A DNA stretch of 64,000 bases from Hemiscyllium ocellatum (lineage: Eukaryota), in contig NC_083425.1 in NCBI RefSeq assembly GCF_020745735.1, forward strand, positions 29,437,575 through 29,501,574, given 5' to 3'. Made by a program: the position numbers and the translations under genes. Of this stretch, positions 25,428-37,564 are shown piece after piece (the stretch's first letter is position 1; each line of letters opens with the position of its first letter). The notes below the pieces were generated by a model. The model made no database searches and was not told the origin of the DNA. It saw nothing but the letters and a program-made list of their open reading frames with translations.

Positions 25428-26049
25428 TGTGATGATACTATGGCTTTAACAGATATACTTTGTCCTCATTTCTTATGAAGAAAGGTTGAGACAGAGGTAC
25501 AGAGTTGACTGCTCAAAGCTAATAAAGGAAACAGCTTGTGAGGTGTTTTTTTTTAAAGTTGGAACAATAGAAGCAGCATGAATGGGTGGGGTCAAACTCC
25601 CACAGAACCAGGATTTTAGCTTTCTGCAGTTACTGGGATCTTGAAGCTGGATGTGGAAACTATTATTCCTCTCTTTTAAAGCTAAAAGGTGGGGTTCTCT
25701 TCCTGTTGTTAGAATTATACATGAGATAATCTATTTTACTGAATTTGCCGTTGCGAAGGGTATGTTTATGGGATGTTACCATACTGGAACAGTTAATTAG
25801 TAGTACTTAATATGTATAACAATTTGTTAGCATTTTGATAGAATTACAGTTAAGTCAATTCTTTTCTCCTTTTTATCTTACTTTACCAGTGGTGTAAAAG
25901 TAAAATGTGCTTTGCTTAATATTGGGGAGTTCGATCAATCGAATTGCATCTGAAACGGAACAAGTTACACTTAAATTTAAAATAAAAAAAGTTTGGGTCT
26001 AGGCCATCTTCTTAATATATTTTGGTGGGGTTTGGTCTAGTCCATCACA
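25428..26049 (+). repeat. 5' LTR of Gypsy element (622 bp)
   Basis: Bounded by the perfect 7-bp inverted termini TGTGATG...CATCACA; AATAAA near 25981; PBS 3 nt downstream. Confidence 0.8.
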
Positions 26050-26052
26050 AAA

Positions 26053-26071
26053 TGGGGGCTCTTGTCAGGAT
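26053..26071 (+). promoter_or_regulatory. Primer-binding site, tRNA-Pro-like
   Basis: TGGGGGCTCTTGTCAGGAT versus the canonical TGGGGGCTCGTCCGGGAT. Confidence 0.75.
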
Positions 26072-26194
26072 CAAAGTTTCTAATTCCTGGCTGGCTTTAG
26101 GACTATTGGATTCAAAGGCAGTGAGTCTGAGTGCTGATGTTCTCTTTTCAGGTGTTGAATTCAGTTGGTTTAAGTAGAGTGTGTCTTTGTAATA

Positions 26195-29100
26195 ATGGCT
26201 CTTCCAATCACAAAGAGTTTCCTGGGGTGAAAGAAATCACTTTGGGAGTTTTACAGAAAATGAGCAAGGCAATGCTTTTGGAAATGGCAGACAAGATGGA
26301 GTTGGGGTTGCCTTTGCCCATCTGAAAAATTGCTGCAATAGCTCAACATTTATAACTGCCAGAAATGCCATCAGAATTATTGAAATGGTTAAAATTCCAT
26401 TGTAAATGAAGCAGCTTGATCATGAAAAGGAAATGAATCGGTTCGAATTACAATTGAAAGCAGAAGAAAAGCAGCCAGAGAGAATAGCTCTTGCAGAGGA
26501 AAATAAAATGGGAAGGATAGCCCTGTCAGAAAAAAGGAAGGGGAGGACCTAGCAGAAGAAAGGAAGAAAGAGAGAGTTTTTGAACTTTGCAGGTTGGATC
26601 TGAAAACTCAAAGTCAACTTAAAATGGTGGAGGTAAAGGTGGAAAGTAAGAGTAGTGATGATGACAGTGATAGAGAGCAATCCCATTGTAGCCAAAGACC
26701 TGGCGGGGATTGATTTAAATACGTCCAGGTGTTGCCAAAGTTTGACAAGCTGAATGTAGAAGACTTTTTTTTATTTTATTTGAGAAAGTGGCTAAACAAA
26801 TTAAATGACCAGTAACCATATGGGTATTATTGATCCAAATGAAGTTAGTAAGTAGAGGTAGTGAGGTATTTGCATCACTATCACTGGACGTATCTGGGGA
26901 ATATGATGAGGTGGAGAAAGCCATCTTAACTACATTTAGGCTACTACCAGAAGTTTACAGACAATGTTTTAGGAATCTATGGAGGGAACCTTGTCAAACA
27001 AACATTGAGTTTGAAAGGATCAAACAAAGTAATTTTGATAGATGGCTAAGGGCGTTGAAAACAAATCAAACATATGACGCTCATGGAGGCACAATTATTT
27101 TGAAGATATTTGAAAATTCACTTCCTGAATTAGTGAGAACTCATGTGGAAGAGCAGACAGTTAAAACTGCAGGATTAGCAGGGGAAATGGCAGATGATTA
27201 TGAATTGGCTCATAGATCAAATTTTGGCTTCTGACATCAATTTCGATCTGTGAGGAATAGCAGTCGGGGAAAAGACAAGGTAAAAGAAAAAGGAGGCCTC
27301 ATTGAAGATAATAAATATAGTCGACCACAGGGTAAAAATGAAACCCATGAGGGGGAAAGAGAAGTAAAGGACAGGCGTTCTTCAGTGCAACAAAGTAGGC
27401 TACATGAAGTCACAGCGTTGGTGGTTTAAAAAAGTACTGGGAAGATGGATGTGGGAAAATAGGATAAGCCAGTGAGTTTTGTTGAAGTGGTAAAGAAAAA
27501 CACAGTGGAAGCTAAAAAGCTGCAAAAGAATCTACAACCTGATCAGGAGCTAGTTGAGAAGAAAGTACTAGATCTCTTTAAAAAAATTTACTTGCATGGG
27601 TAAGACTTACTCATGATTGCTGGGAGGAGTATGCAAAGAAATTAAGATTTTAAAAGTTACTGGAGCAAGTCAATCTTTGATGGTGTGAGATGAGGAGATA
27701 AGTAATTCAAAACGAGTATTGGCTGAAGAAATGGTAATATGTGGAGTGTATGGTGAGAAGAGAATATTCCAATATATAAAGTGGTGGCCTAGTGGCTCAG
27801 GGTAAGCACTACTGACTCACAAAACCAGGGACCCACGTTCGAATCCACAGCGTCAGACGATTGTTTGTCTGGAGTTTGCATATTCTCCTCATGTCTGCAT
27901 GGGTTTCCTCCGGGTGCTCTGGTTTCCTCCCACAGTTCAAAGATGTGCAGGTTAGGTGAATTGGTCATGATAAATTGCCTATAGTGTCCAGGGATATGCA
28001 GGTTAGGTGGATTGGTCATGATAAATTCCCTATAGTGTCCAGGGATGTGCAGGTTAGGTGGATTAGCCATAGGGAATGCAGGGTTACAGGGATAGAGTAA
28101 AGTTTGGGTCTGGGTGGGATGCTGTTTGGAGGGTCAGTGTAGACTGGATGGGCTGAACAGTTTACATTCACATTGTAGGGATTCTATGATACAGTGAGAG
28201 TGGACAGTCCGGTGAAAAGTGGTGGTATGAGTAATAGAGAAATTCTCTGTTCCGGGAATGCAGGTTATCCTTGACAGTAGCTAGATCACAAGTGGGAGTG
28301 ATGCTCACTGTGGTTGAAAAGCCAGTGGAAAATCAGGCAACTGAAGTATTCCAGGAAGTATATTCTGGGGTTTTTCCTGAGTGTATGGTAACTAAGTCAC
28401 AAAGCCACAAGCGGCAAAAAGGGGAGAAATCAAAGAATAAAGACAAGAAAATTGAAGTACAATTCTCAGAAATTATATTTGATAAAATGGTTGAGGAACA
28501 AACAAGAACAGGTGGAGGACAAAATGGATATTTTTAATTCAGAGAAATCAGCTGAATTCCAACAGAATGATGAAAAACTAAAGCAGTTGTATCAAAAAGA
28601 AGAATCTGAGTGTATCCCAGAATGTTGTTATCTTAAAAATGAAGTCATGATGAGGAATTAGAGACCATCACATATTCAGGTGGGTGAAAAATGGGCTGAC
28701 GTACATCACATTGTACGGGTTATAGAAATGTGGTGTTGTGGAATTAGCAGTAGAAGGTTATTTGGGACTCAGGAAATCTCAAGCCCAAATACAAAAAAGT
28801 TTATTTTGGCTTGGACTGCATAAGAACATGGTTGACTTTTGCTGGACATGTCATATGTGTCAGGTCATTGGAAAGCCTCAGGCCGTGATAAAACCAGCAC
28901 CCTTAATATCCATTCATACATTTGAGGAACCTTTTACAAGAGTCTTAATTGATTGTGTAGGATCCTGACCTAAAACAAAAATTGGGTATCAGTATTTATT
29001 GACCATAATGGACATGCCTAGTAGATTTCCAGAGGCCATTCTATTACGCAGTGTCATGGCTAAAAGGATTAGAGAAGAGTTACACATTTGTTTGTACTAG

Positions 29101-29460
29101 ATACAAACTACCTACAGAAGTACAATCAGATCTAGGGTCCCATTTTATATCAAAATTATTCGAGGAACTTATGGATAACTTAGGAATAAAACAATACAAA
29201 TCCACTGTGTACTTTCTAGGATCGTAAGGAATATTAGAACGGTGGCATCAAATTTTAAAACCATGTTGAGGGCTCATATTCAACACTCTCCAGAGGATTG
29301 GGATAAAGACATTCCATTTGTACAATTTGCCATTAGGGATGTACCTAATGAATCGACTAAATTCAGTCCATTTGGATTAGTTTTTGGGCATGAGATGAAA
29401 GGACCATTAAAATTAATTAAGGAGAATTTGGCAAATCAGAGTTCAGAGATCATGTATTTA
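26195..29460 (+). mobile_element. Decayed Gmr1-like Gypsy internal region: Gag (SCAN-like, Zn knuckle), protease, integrase; truncated before RT
   Basis: YDEVEKAILTTFRLLPEVYRQCFRNL (26830 ORF); QCNKVGYMKSQRWW (~27380); ILKVTGASQSL (~27650); GYLG..K...FW.GL...C.TC..CQ and EEPFTRVLIDCVG (28738 ORF); WDKDIPFVQFAIR...SPFGLVFGHE (29242 ORF). Confidence 0.88.
27781..28190 (+). mobile_element. HE1-type V-SINE inserted in the Gypsy protease region, with three 51-bp internal units
   Basis: tRNA head with B-box GTTCGAATCC; unit starts at 27942, 27993 and 28044; tail GGGATTCTATGAT. Confidence 0.9.
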
Positions 29461-29469
29461 TTATGTGTC

Positions 29470-30830
29470 CTTAATTCATTTATATTGCTCCATGTACTGT
29501 GTATATTTAAATAAATAGCCATTAATTCTGGTTTTCTTTTAACCATGTTTTCCCTTTTGACCCAATTTCTTTTTTTTTTATGTTTTCACACACTGCCCCT
29601 TCCAGTCCCACACTGGGTATCATTATCCAGTCTTGCAATGCTGCCATATCTTTTTGCTTTGTAAACCTATGTGTACTCTCTCTGGACCATACATGTTGTC
29701 TTCCAACTTGCCTTCACCTCACCCCAATTCCCTATTTAGTTCAAAACCTCTTGTGTTCAATAAGGTGGTTTGATTTGAGTCTTGCTTAAATCCATTTACC
29801 TGTCTGTTTCCATAAGCCTTGTGAGTCCATAGTCTATTTAATTCAGCTTGGTATTGGACTCCGTGTCTGCTCCTCTCTGGGGAAATAATTTCCACGTGGT
29901 GTTCACATACAAGAATACCCATCTCTCTATATAAATCTGCATTCCACTGTTTCATTCCAATCTACATCGCATTCTACTTTTCTATTCTTCTTGCTAAAAC
30001 AGACAACGTCACATTTTCTCATAGTATACTGCCAATCCTTTTACATGCCCAACCCATCTATGTCAGTTTGCAGACTGTTTATGTCCTACTCACTTTTCTA
30101 CCTACTATCATATCATCAGCAAATTTGGCTGTGATACAGTTTGTCCATTCATCCAAGTTATTCATATGGACAGTAAGTAGTTAAGTCCTGAAGTCGATTC
30201 CTGTACTACTTCAGGTTGTGTTTTATTCCTTACGTAAACATACCAACCACATGAAGTGAACTGGTAACTCAATTCTTGAAAGATATATAACAATATCTCA
30301 GAGGTTAGTTTTCATGCTTAGGGTCAGAGACTCCTCCTATCTTCTTCCCAGTCATATGTACAGATACATCCCATAGCCTGGTGATGCATAGCAATATCAG
30401 AAATGCCTTTAAACACTAATCACTACACACCACTGGGTTACCATTTGTGGTTTATCCCTAATCAATGCCTAATTATTTTGTTATTCACCTTCACTGCAAG
30501 TGTATTACCCCCAACACGACAATCTCTTACGTTTTGCATGGCACCTTACCAAATGCCTTTTCACAGACACCAAATACACCACATCAACTGGTCTCTCTCT
30601 ATCCTGCTTGTCACATGGCCAAAAAAGTTTAATAAATTTTACAAACACTCTTTCCCTTTCAGAAAACCAGGTTGTTTCTGCTTGATTGCATCATAATTTT
30701 TAAAACGTTCTGCTCCTACTTCTTTAATCATGGATCCGAGCCTTTTCCTGATCACAGATGTACAGCTAACAGGCCTACAATTGAGTGCTTTCTGTCTCCC
30801 TCCCCTTTGTTTTTGAATAGCAGTGTAAAT
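29470..30830 (-). mobile_element. Decayed CR1 ORF2 fragments
   Basis: Reverse-strand KFADD.I (CATCAGCAAATTT), AF.KVP (GCACCTTACCAAATGCC) and RP.S.T motifs. Confidence 0.6.
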
Positions 30831-31919
30831 TCATATTCTCATGCACTATACTGTAAGGGAAACCAATCGTTTTCCCCTTGTGATATGGGAGAGCCACAAG
30901 TCACAGCTTATTTTCACAAGCATCTGAAGTGACAGCTAAGAGAAAAACAGATTCTGGTCCATATTCGAGGGCTGCATGACCTAATTCCCTTCACTCTTAA
31001 AAACAAAATTGCCTCACCTCTCACCTGAAAGCATCCAGTAGATGAAAACTTTTAAATTAGAAATGAAGAGAAAGTAGGTCAGCCTGAAAGTGAAGGTGGA
31101 TCATAAACAAACCAGGGATAGCTAGGAGGTGATCCAATATTAAAAAGAGAGGCAGCAAAGAGATTAGCCACATTTTCACTGCAGGTGTTACAGACATGGG
31201 TTATTACTTTCATGAGACACACTCCATCAGGATTTGACACTCTACATGAACACTGGGACGTTATCGAAGCTTATCGAATTCTTCGTTATCACTTGGCTAG
31301 GGCTGTTTCTGCTTTTGTATTAAAGCATTTTTAATAATGGAAGCACTGAATTTTGTTTCATATGAGTTTTCTCACAGAGGGGCTGCTCTGTTTAATGACA
31401 CAAAAGAATGAGTTTTTCTTAAATAGATAAATCGATCAACAAAGTGATATGTGATGCAGCAATCATCTCTCTTGCCACCCTGAGCATCCCAGGCAATCAG
31501 CAGCATCTGTATTATAGGGAGTTGTAGAGAATCTTTTGTCTTCTGTTTACTTTACTGATTTTATTGAAGTGCCTTGGATGCTACCTGACTTGCTCTAATC
31601 AAGATAGTTACTCCCCAGCCAGGAATTCTCTTGTCTTTTCTCTATAGAATTTACATGCTCGCTGCATGACTCTGCTTATACCCTTGGAACAACATTCTAA
31701 GTTTCAGAGAAGCCTTAAGCACCCAACAGACACAACTCATTTCACCCAGCTACACAGTTAAATCAACACATCATCACAACTTTATCAGCCACAGGGGTCA
31801 GATTTGTTCTAATAAGCAAATTCAAGTTAAATTTATAGCTTATGATATGCATTGGATTCTTGGTCATTTTGTCAGTTCCATCAGTTAATACAGGATGGAT
31901 ACAATATCATTCTGCTGAG

Positions 31920-32192
31920 TTGGAGCAGGCCCATTCAGCTCACACGAGTCCTGCGCCCACTTATTCCTGTAATCCTGCATTTACTATGACTAATCCACTC
32001 AGTCTGCACATCCCTGGACACTGCGGACAATCCACCTAACCTGCACATCTTCAGACAGTGCGAGGAAACTGGAATACCTTGTGGAAACCCAGACAGGTGC
32101 CGGGAGAATGTGCAAACTCCACACAGACAGTCACCCAAGGGTGGGTTCTTGGCACTGTGAGGCAGCAGTGCTAACACTGAGCCATTGTGCCA
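31920..32192 (-). mobile_element. HE1-type V-SINE
   Basis: GGAGAATGTGCAAACTCCACACAGACAGTC...GCAGTGCTAACACTGAGCCA is the reverse of HE1. Confidence 0.88.
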
Positions 32193-33022
32193 CTATTTTA
32201 TGAATCTTGGTGGAGGCAGTACAATTGAATTAGAATGCAATTTGACTGCTTATGATTTTCATGACAAATGACCAGATCTACTGGTATAAATTTAGAATGA
32301 AAATTGCAGTTTCGCACAGACTCCAGAAACTGTTTGTGTGAAACCATTAAGCTGGAAAGAAGATCCAATACAAGTTGATTGTAAAGTGCACAAACCACCC
32401 ACATCCCTGTGTGAACTGACTCAGAAGTGGTCATTTCAGGAACAATTTCATGTGTTTTAAGCACATGCTGTGTTGCTAAGTGAATCTGTAGTAAATTTAT
32501 TGAATTATGGGTGTCCTTAATTGTGCCAAATCATCATCTCTGGTTATGCAGCTTGAGGAGGCAAGACACTGGTAACAACACAACACAAAAACATCTCTAG
32601 GGTAATAGTCAAAGTCCATTTAATGAACAATCTTGCAACTGCAAAATGAAAATTGATATTTTTGAACCTATAAAGCTGATGACAGCAAATCGTAAAATGG
32701 CAGCATATTTTTATTTGATACTAAAAGAAAATTGTCATAGATACAATGGCCTAGAAATCCACTCATGCAGCTAGAATTTTTGGAGAGCTAAACAGCCTAT
32801 AATTTGTCCCATACAAACAGGCAGAAAGTGAGTTCACATTTGCATCTCGAAATGCATTGTGACTGCCACCTGAGTCAAGATGTTTGTGCTTGTATTAGCT
32901 GTGCATACTGTTGGAATTTTAAGTGGTGAATATTTCATTTTTTTATATATTTCAGCTTAATTAATCACATCCTGAAGGATCTGTTTTTGATTTCCAAACA
33001 TTCCAGCACTTCACTTACCATG

Positions 33023-33212
33023 ATCTGGAGGTGCAGGTGTTGGACTGGGGTGGACAAAATGAAAAGTCACACAACACCAGGTTATAGTCCAACAGGTTTA
33101 TTTGGAAGTCCTAGCTTTCTGAGCACTACTCCTTCATCAGGTAGCTCTGAAAGCCAGTGCCTGTACTTTCACATAAACCTGTTGGACTATAACCTAGTGT
33201 TCTGTAATTTTT
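33023..33212. mobile_element. Fold-back PLE-derived element, family B, with 16-bp imperfect TSD
   Basis: Arms GGTTATAGTCCAACAGGTTTAT / ATAAACCTGTTGGACTATAACC; flanks CACTTCACTTACCATG (33007-33022) and CATTTCACTTATCATG (33213-33228). Confidence 0.85.
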
Positions 33213-33265
33213 CATTTCACTTATCATGTGCTAAGTATGTGCAGAACAATGTGGCACTAACTGTC

Positions 33266-33318
33266 AAGACGGGGACATCTTTGAGGTGTCCCACACACCT
33301 CAAAGATGTCCCCGTCTT
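33266..33318. repeat. Perfect 24-bp inverted repeat with 5-nt spacer
   Basis: AAGACGGGGACATCTTTGAGGTGT-CCCAC-ACACCTCAAAGATGTCCCCGTCTT. Confidence 0.95.
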
Positions 33319-33548
33319 CCCCATCCCTCCATGAAAGACCACCAACCTCCATGAGTGCTGTCCCTACTCACCTCTAGCTGCCTGGTGATTTCTAAGACCC
33401 TTTGACCTGGCTGCTGATCACTCTCAATGGCTGCTGCTTCTTTCACTTCAGCCTGATGTTTAATCATTAACCATGACTGATGATCGATTGGCCATTTCCT
33501 CTCCCTTGATACTCATCCAGCAAGTAATCACTGTGAATAATCATGCAA

Positions 33549-33835
33549 GGTCAAAAATCACACAATACCAAGTCATTGTCCAACACGTCCATTTGAAAAG
33601 ACAAGCTTTCGGAGCCTAACTCCTTCTTTAGGTGTTAGTGAGAGAGGGAGACCTTAGACACAGAATTTTTAAGCAAAAGATCAAAGGGTCATACAACTGA
33701 TGCGAATGAATTAAACACACCTATGATGACTGTTAAATCTTTAATCAGTTAGATCGGAGGTGCAGGTTTTGATTGATTAATATGCAAATCCCAGAATATC
33801 TTTCAAGTCATTGCCCCGAGATAATTTAAGCTTTT
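33549..33835 (-). mobile_element. PLE 3' fragment, family B, with 11-bp TSD
   Basis: Homologous to 61960-62245; TAATCATGCAA at 33538-33548 and 33836-33846; core mutated (CTAAAGA...GAAAGCTT). Confidence 0.85.
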
Positions 33836-35223
33836 TAATCATGCAAACATCTTCCCCTGTCCCACCAGTTTCCACCCCAAATTTGAGCCCTAATGCCCAC
33901 CAGCTAACTCATAGCCATAGTCTGCTCACTCCTACCTCAATTGTCTACTCTAGTTAGCCACCCTACTGTTCAAAACATGATTGTCCAAGCTCCCTCACAT
34001 ACAGATTAGTGACCCACTGTCCATTATTGACTCGTTAGCAATTCCCGCAGCTAGCTGCCTTCACTGAAATGAGAATCACTGCCAAATATGAGGGATGCCT
34101 GAAGCCTTACCATTCAGGTGTACATATCACAATCTAATCCTTCTATGTGCCAACATACCGGAATTTATGGGTCAATATATTTAACTAGGCAGCATGTTAT
34201 ACCTGAAGAGCAAGACTAATAACTGAAATTCATCACTGGCTTGTACTTATTTAAAAACATTCAGTGCTATGTGAAAAAAGTAATTCAGATATCTCCACTG
34301 CATTCAAAATGTAATTTGCTGCACACAACATCTCAGGAAACACAATACTGAAAGCAGTTTCATTTGACTGAATGCTTTTTGCTTCTGTGGTTCTTTTCAG
34401 CATTAAGCTAGTGATAGTCACTGGCAGAGTTGTTGAGCTGCAGTCTGAGCTTCAAACACAATGATACATCAAGGAGTGGGGGGAGAATTACTTAAATGCT
34501 GTGTTTCAGGAGGCAGTTACACACCTTAGATTAACTACCTCACATTCAGTCAGTGGTCAGGGACAGGAAGCTGTGTCCAAGAGATCCAGGAGGCAATCCA
34601 AGTATAGCCTCAGCCCTTAAACTTGTCAAATAGGTTTGAGATTCTTGGTTTTTTGTGTGGATGAGAGTGGGGACTGGAGGGAATATGAGCAAATTGACCA
34701 AAGAACCATGAGACAGAAAGGAATTCAAGAGGGGGAGAAAAGAAAAATGTTGCTATATTTATGAAGAATACATTCAGAGGAATAGAGTCTGATTTCTGCC
34801 ATCAGCATTGTGAGTCCCAAAGGCTGGGTTGCCTCCCTGGGAATTTCATCTGGGCTGCAGAGGAACTTGGAGTGGGAGAGGAAAGATCCAGTTATTGTTA
34901 TCCACGTAAATATCAAAGATATATGTAGAAAGAGAAATGAGGTTTTGCTGAGGGAATATGAGTAGCTTGGAACTAAATTAAAATGCAGAACAATAAATGC
35001 AGAAGAATAATTTCTGAATGACTACCTGAACCATGAGCAAAGTGGCACACAGTGAGCAAGATTAAAGAGGTAAACCTTATGGCTCAAAAACTGATGTTGG
35101 AGAAATGGGTTTGAATTCATGGGACATTGGCTCTAGCACTGGGAAAGGAGGAAGCTGTTCTGATTGGATGGGCTCCACCTTAATCATGTTGAGACTAGAG
35201 TCCTGGCGAATCATGTAACTAAG

Positions 35224-35928
35224 CCTTTGTCCTGGTGAGTTTCACCTAAGACAATGGAATGAGGACATACCATAACCCAAAGGACTAGCCACGTTACCAT
35301 ACATCAAGAACATTTCTGAACTGACAGCCAGACTACTGCGACCACTAGGACTCATAACAGCACACAAACCAACAGCCACTCTCAGACAATAACTCACCAG
35401 GACAAAGGACCCGATACCCAGCATGAGCAAAACCAAAGTAGTGTACAAAATCCAATGCAAGGACAGCACAAAACACTACATAGGACAAACAGGAAGACAG
35501 CTAACGATCCGTATCCATGAACACCAACTAGCCACGAAACGGCACAACCAGTTATCCTTAGTAGCCACACACGCGGATGACAAACAACATGAGTTCGACT
35601 TGGACAACACTACTATCATAGGACAAGCCAAACAGAGAACAGCCAGAGAATTCCTAGAGGCATGGCACTCATCCACCGATTCTATCAACAAACACGTTGA
35701 CCTGGACCCAATATACCAGCCACTGCAGCAAACAGCTGGAACTGACAACCGGAAGAGACAGAGACAAACCAATATAAATGCTGGAGAAAACATCACAGAA
35801 GCGCTTCACAGGAGGCTCCCAAGCACTGAGGATATCACCTAGACAGGGGATGAAACGTCTGCAACACAAATTCCCAGTTCGGCGAACAGAACCACAACTG
35901 AGCTACAAATCTTCTCACAAACTTTGAA
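35224..35928 (+). mobile_element. Penelope-like element 3' part, family D: GIY-YIG endonuclease plus hammerhead
   Basis: ORF 35423..35842 'VVYKIQCKDSTKHYIGQTGRQLTIRIHEHQ...REFLEAWH...IN'; upstream LPYIKNISE..RLL with in-frame stops. Confidence 0.92.
35823..35862 (+). ncRNA. Minimal type-I hammerhead ribozyme motif, family D
   Basis: GCA-CTGAGGA-T-[ATCACCT-AGAC-AGGGGAT]-GAAA-CG-TC^TGC; stem I GCA/TGC; predicted cleavage after 35859. Confidence 0.75.
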
Positions 35929-37474
35929 GGTTATTAAAGTATCCAAAAGGGTGTAGTCAGTGCAGGACTGAGGGTGTTGTCCTTAAATGTACACAGAATA
36001 GGAAATAAGAGTAAATCAGATTGTAGTGCAGATTGAAATTGGCAGGTACAAAGTTGTGGGAATCGTAGATATGTAGCTACAAAGGAATCAATGCTGGGAA
36101 CTAAAGTCCAAGGAAATTATGGAAAGGACATGCAGATGGACAGGCTTGGGTTTCCCTGTTAGTCAGAAATAAAATTAAATTGCTAGCAAGAAGTGATATT
36201 GAGTCAGAAGACATAGTATCTGTGTAAGTAGAGTTGAAGAGCCATGTTAGAATGATCCTGATGGGAGATGAGTAACAGGCCTCCCAGCAGTAATCAGGAT
36301 ATGGGGAATAAGATAACTCAGAAGATAGTAAAGGCATGTAAAAAAGGCACTATTACAATAATCATACGGACTTTGTAATGCAGGTAGACAGGGAAAATCA
36401 GGTTGGCAGTAATTCATAAGGAAAGGAATTCATGGCATGTCTGCAAGCTGGTTTTCTTGGAACAGTGTGTGGTGGAACCAACGGGGAAACAGGAGTTCTG
36501 GATTTGATGAGTAGCTAATGTTGTTCCTTTGTTCAGGAAGAGAAATGGGAATAATACAGAAAACTATAAACTGGTGAGTCTCACATCGGTAGTTGCAAAG
36601 CTATTCGAGAAAATTCTTAGGGATAAGGTTTATGCACATTTGGAAAAGTATGGCCTAGTTAGGGACAGTCAGCATGGCTTTGTGCAGGGTAGGTCGTGCC
36701 TTACTAACTTGATTGAATTTTATGAGGAGATGACAAAGCTGATCAATGAGGGTAGAGCAGCGGATGTTGTCCACATGGATATTAGTAAGGCTTTCGACAA
36801 GGTCCTTCATGGTAGGCTCATCCCGAAGATTGAGGTGCATGGGATCCACTGTAACTTGATCACATAGATTCAGAATTGGTGTTTTTCAGGCTGGAGATCC
36901 ATGACTAGTGATGCTCCGCAGGGATCTATACTGAGACCTCTGCTGTTTCTGATACATATAAATGACATATATGAAAATGTAGATGGGTGGTCAGTACGTT
37001 TGCAGATGATAAAAAGATTGATTGAGTTGTGGATAGTGTAGGAGGTTGTCAATTGAAAAAAGCGGGATATAAATCAGTTGTAGATATGGGCTGAGAAATG
37101 GCAGATGGAGTTTAATCCAGATAAGTGCGAGGTGCTGCATTTTGGGAGATCAAATGTTAAGGATTAGTATACAGTTAATAGCAGGTCTTTGAACAACATT
37201 GATATATGCAGAAGGATCTTGAGGTTCAAGTCCATAGCTTCCTGAAAGTGACCATGTCAGTAGACAGAAGGCATATAGTATGCTTGCCTTTAATGGTCAA
37301 GGAACTGAGTACAAGAGTCAGGATGTCATGTTGCAGCTTTATAAGACTTTGGTTAGACCGCATTTAGAATACAGTGTTCAATTCTGATTTGGAGATGCCG
37401 GTGTTGGACTGGAGTGTACAAAGTTAAAAATCACAAAACACCAGGTTATAGTCCACAAGGTTTAATTGGAAGCA

Positions 37475-37509
37475 CACTAGCTTTCGGAGCGACGCTCCTT
37501 CATCAGGTG
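37475..37509 (-). ncRNA. Minimal type-I hammerhead ribozyme motif, family B
   Basis: Minus strand CAC-CTGATGA-A-GGAGC-GTC-GCTCC-GAAA-GC-TA^GTG. Confidence 0.8.
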
Positions 37510-37529
37510 ATTGTGGAGGCCTCCACAAT

Positions 37530-37564
37530 TACCTGATGAAGGAGCGTCACTCCGAAAGCTAGTG
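37530..37564 (+). ncRNA. Minimal type-I hammerhead ribozyme motif, family B
   Basis: TAC-CTGATGA-A-GGAG-CGTCA-CTCC-GAAA-GC-TA^GTG; stem I has one G-U pair. Confidence 0.78.

Noticed and set aside
27942-28070. Regularly spaced repeats resembling a CRISPR array
   Set aside because: The units are contiguous tandem copies with no unique spacers, lie inside a SINE, and the DNA is eukaryotic.
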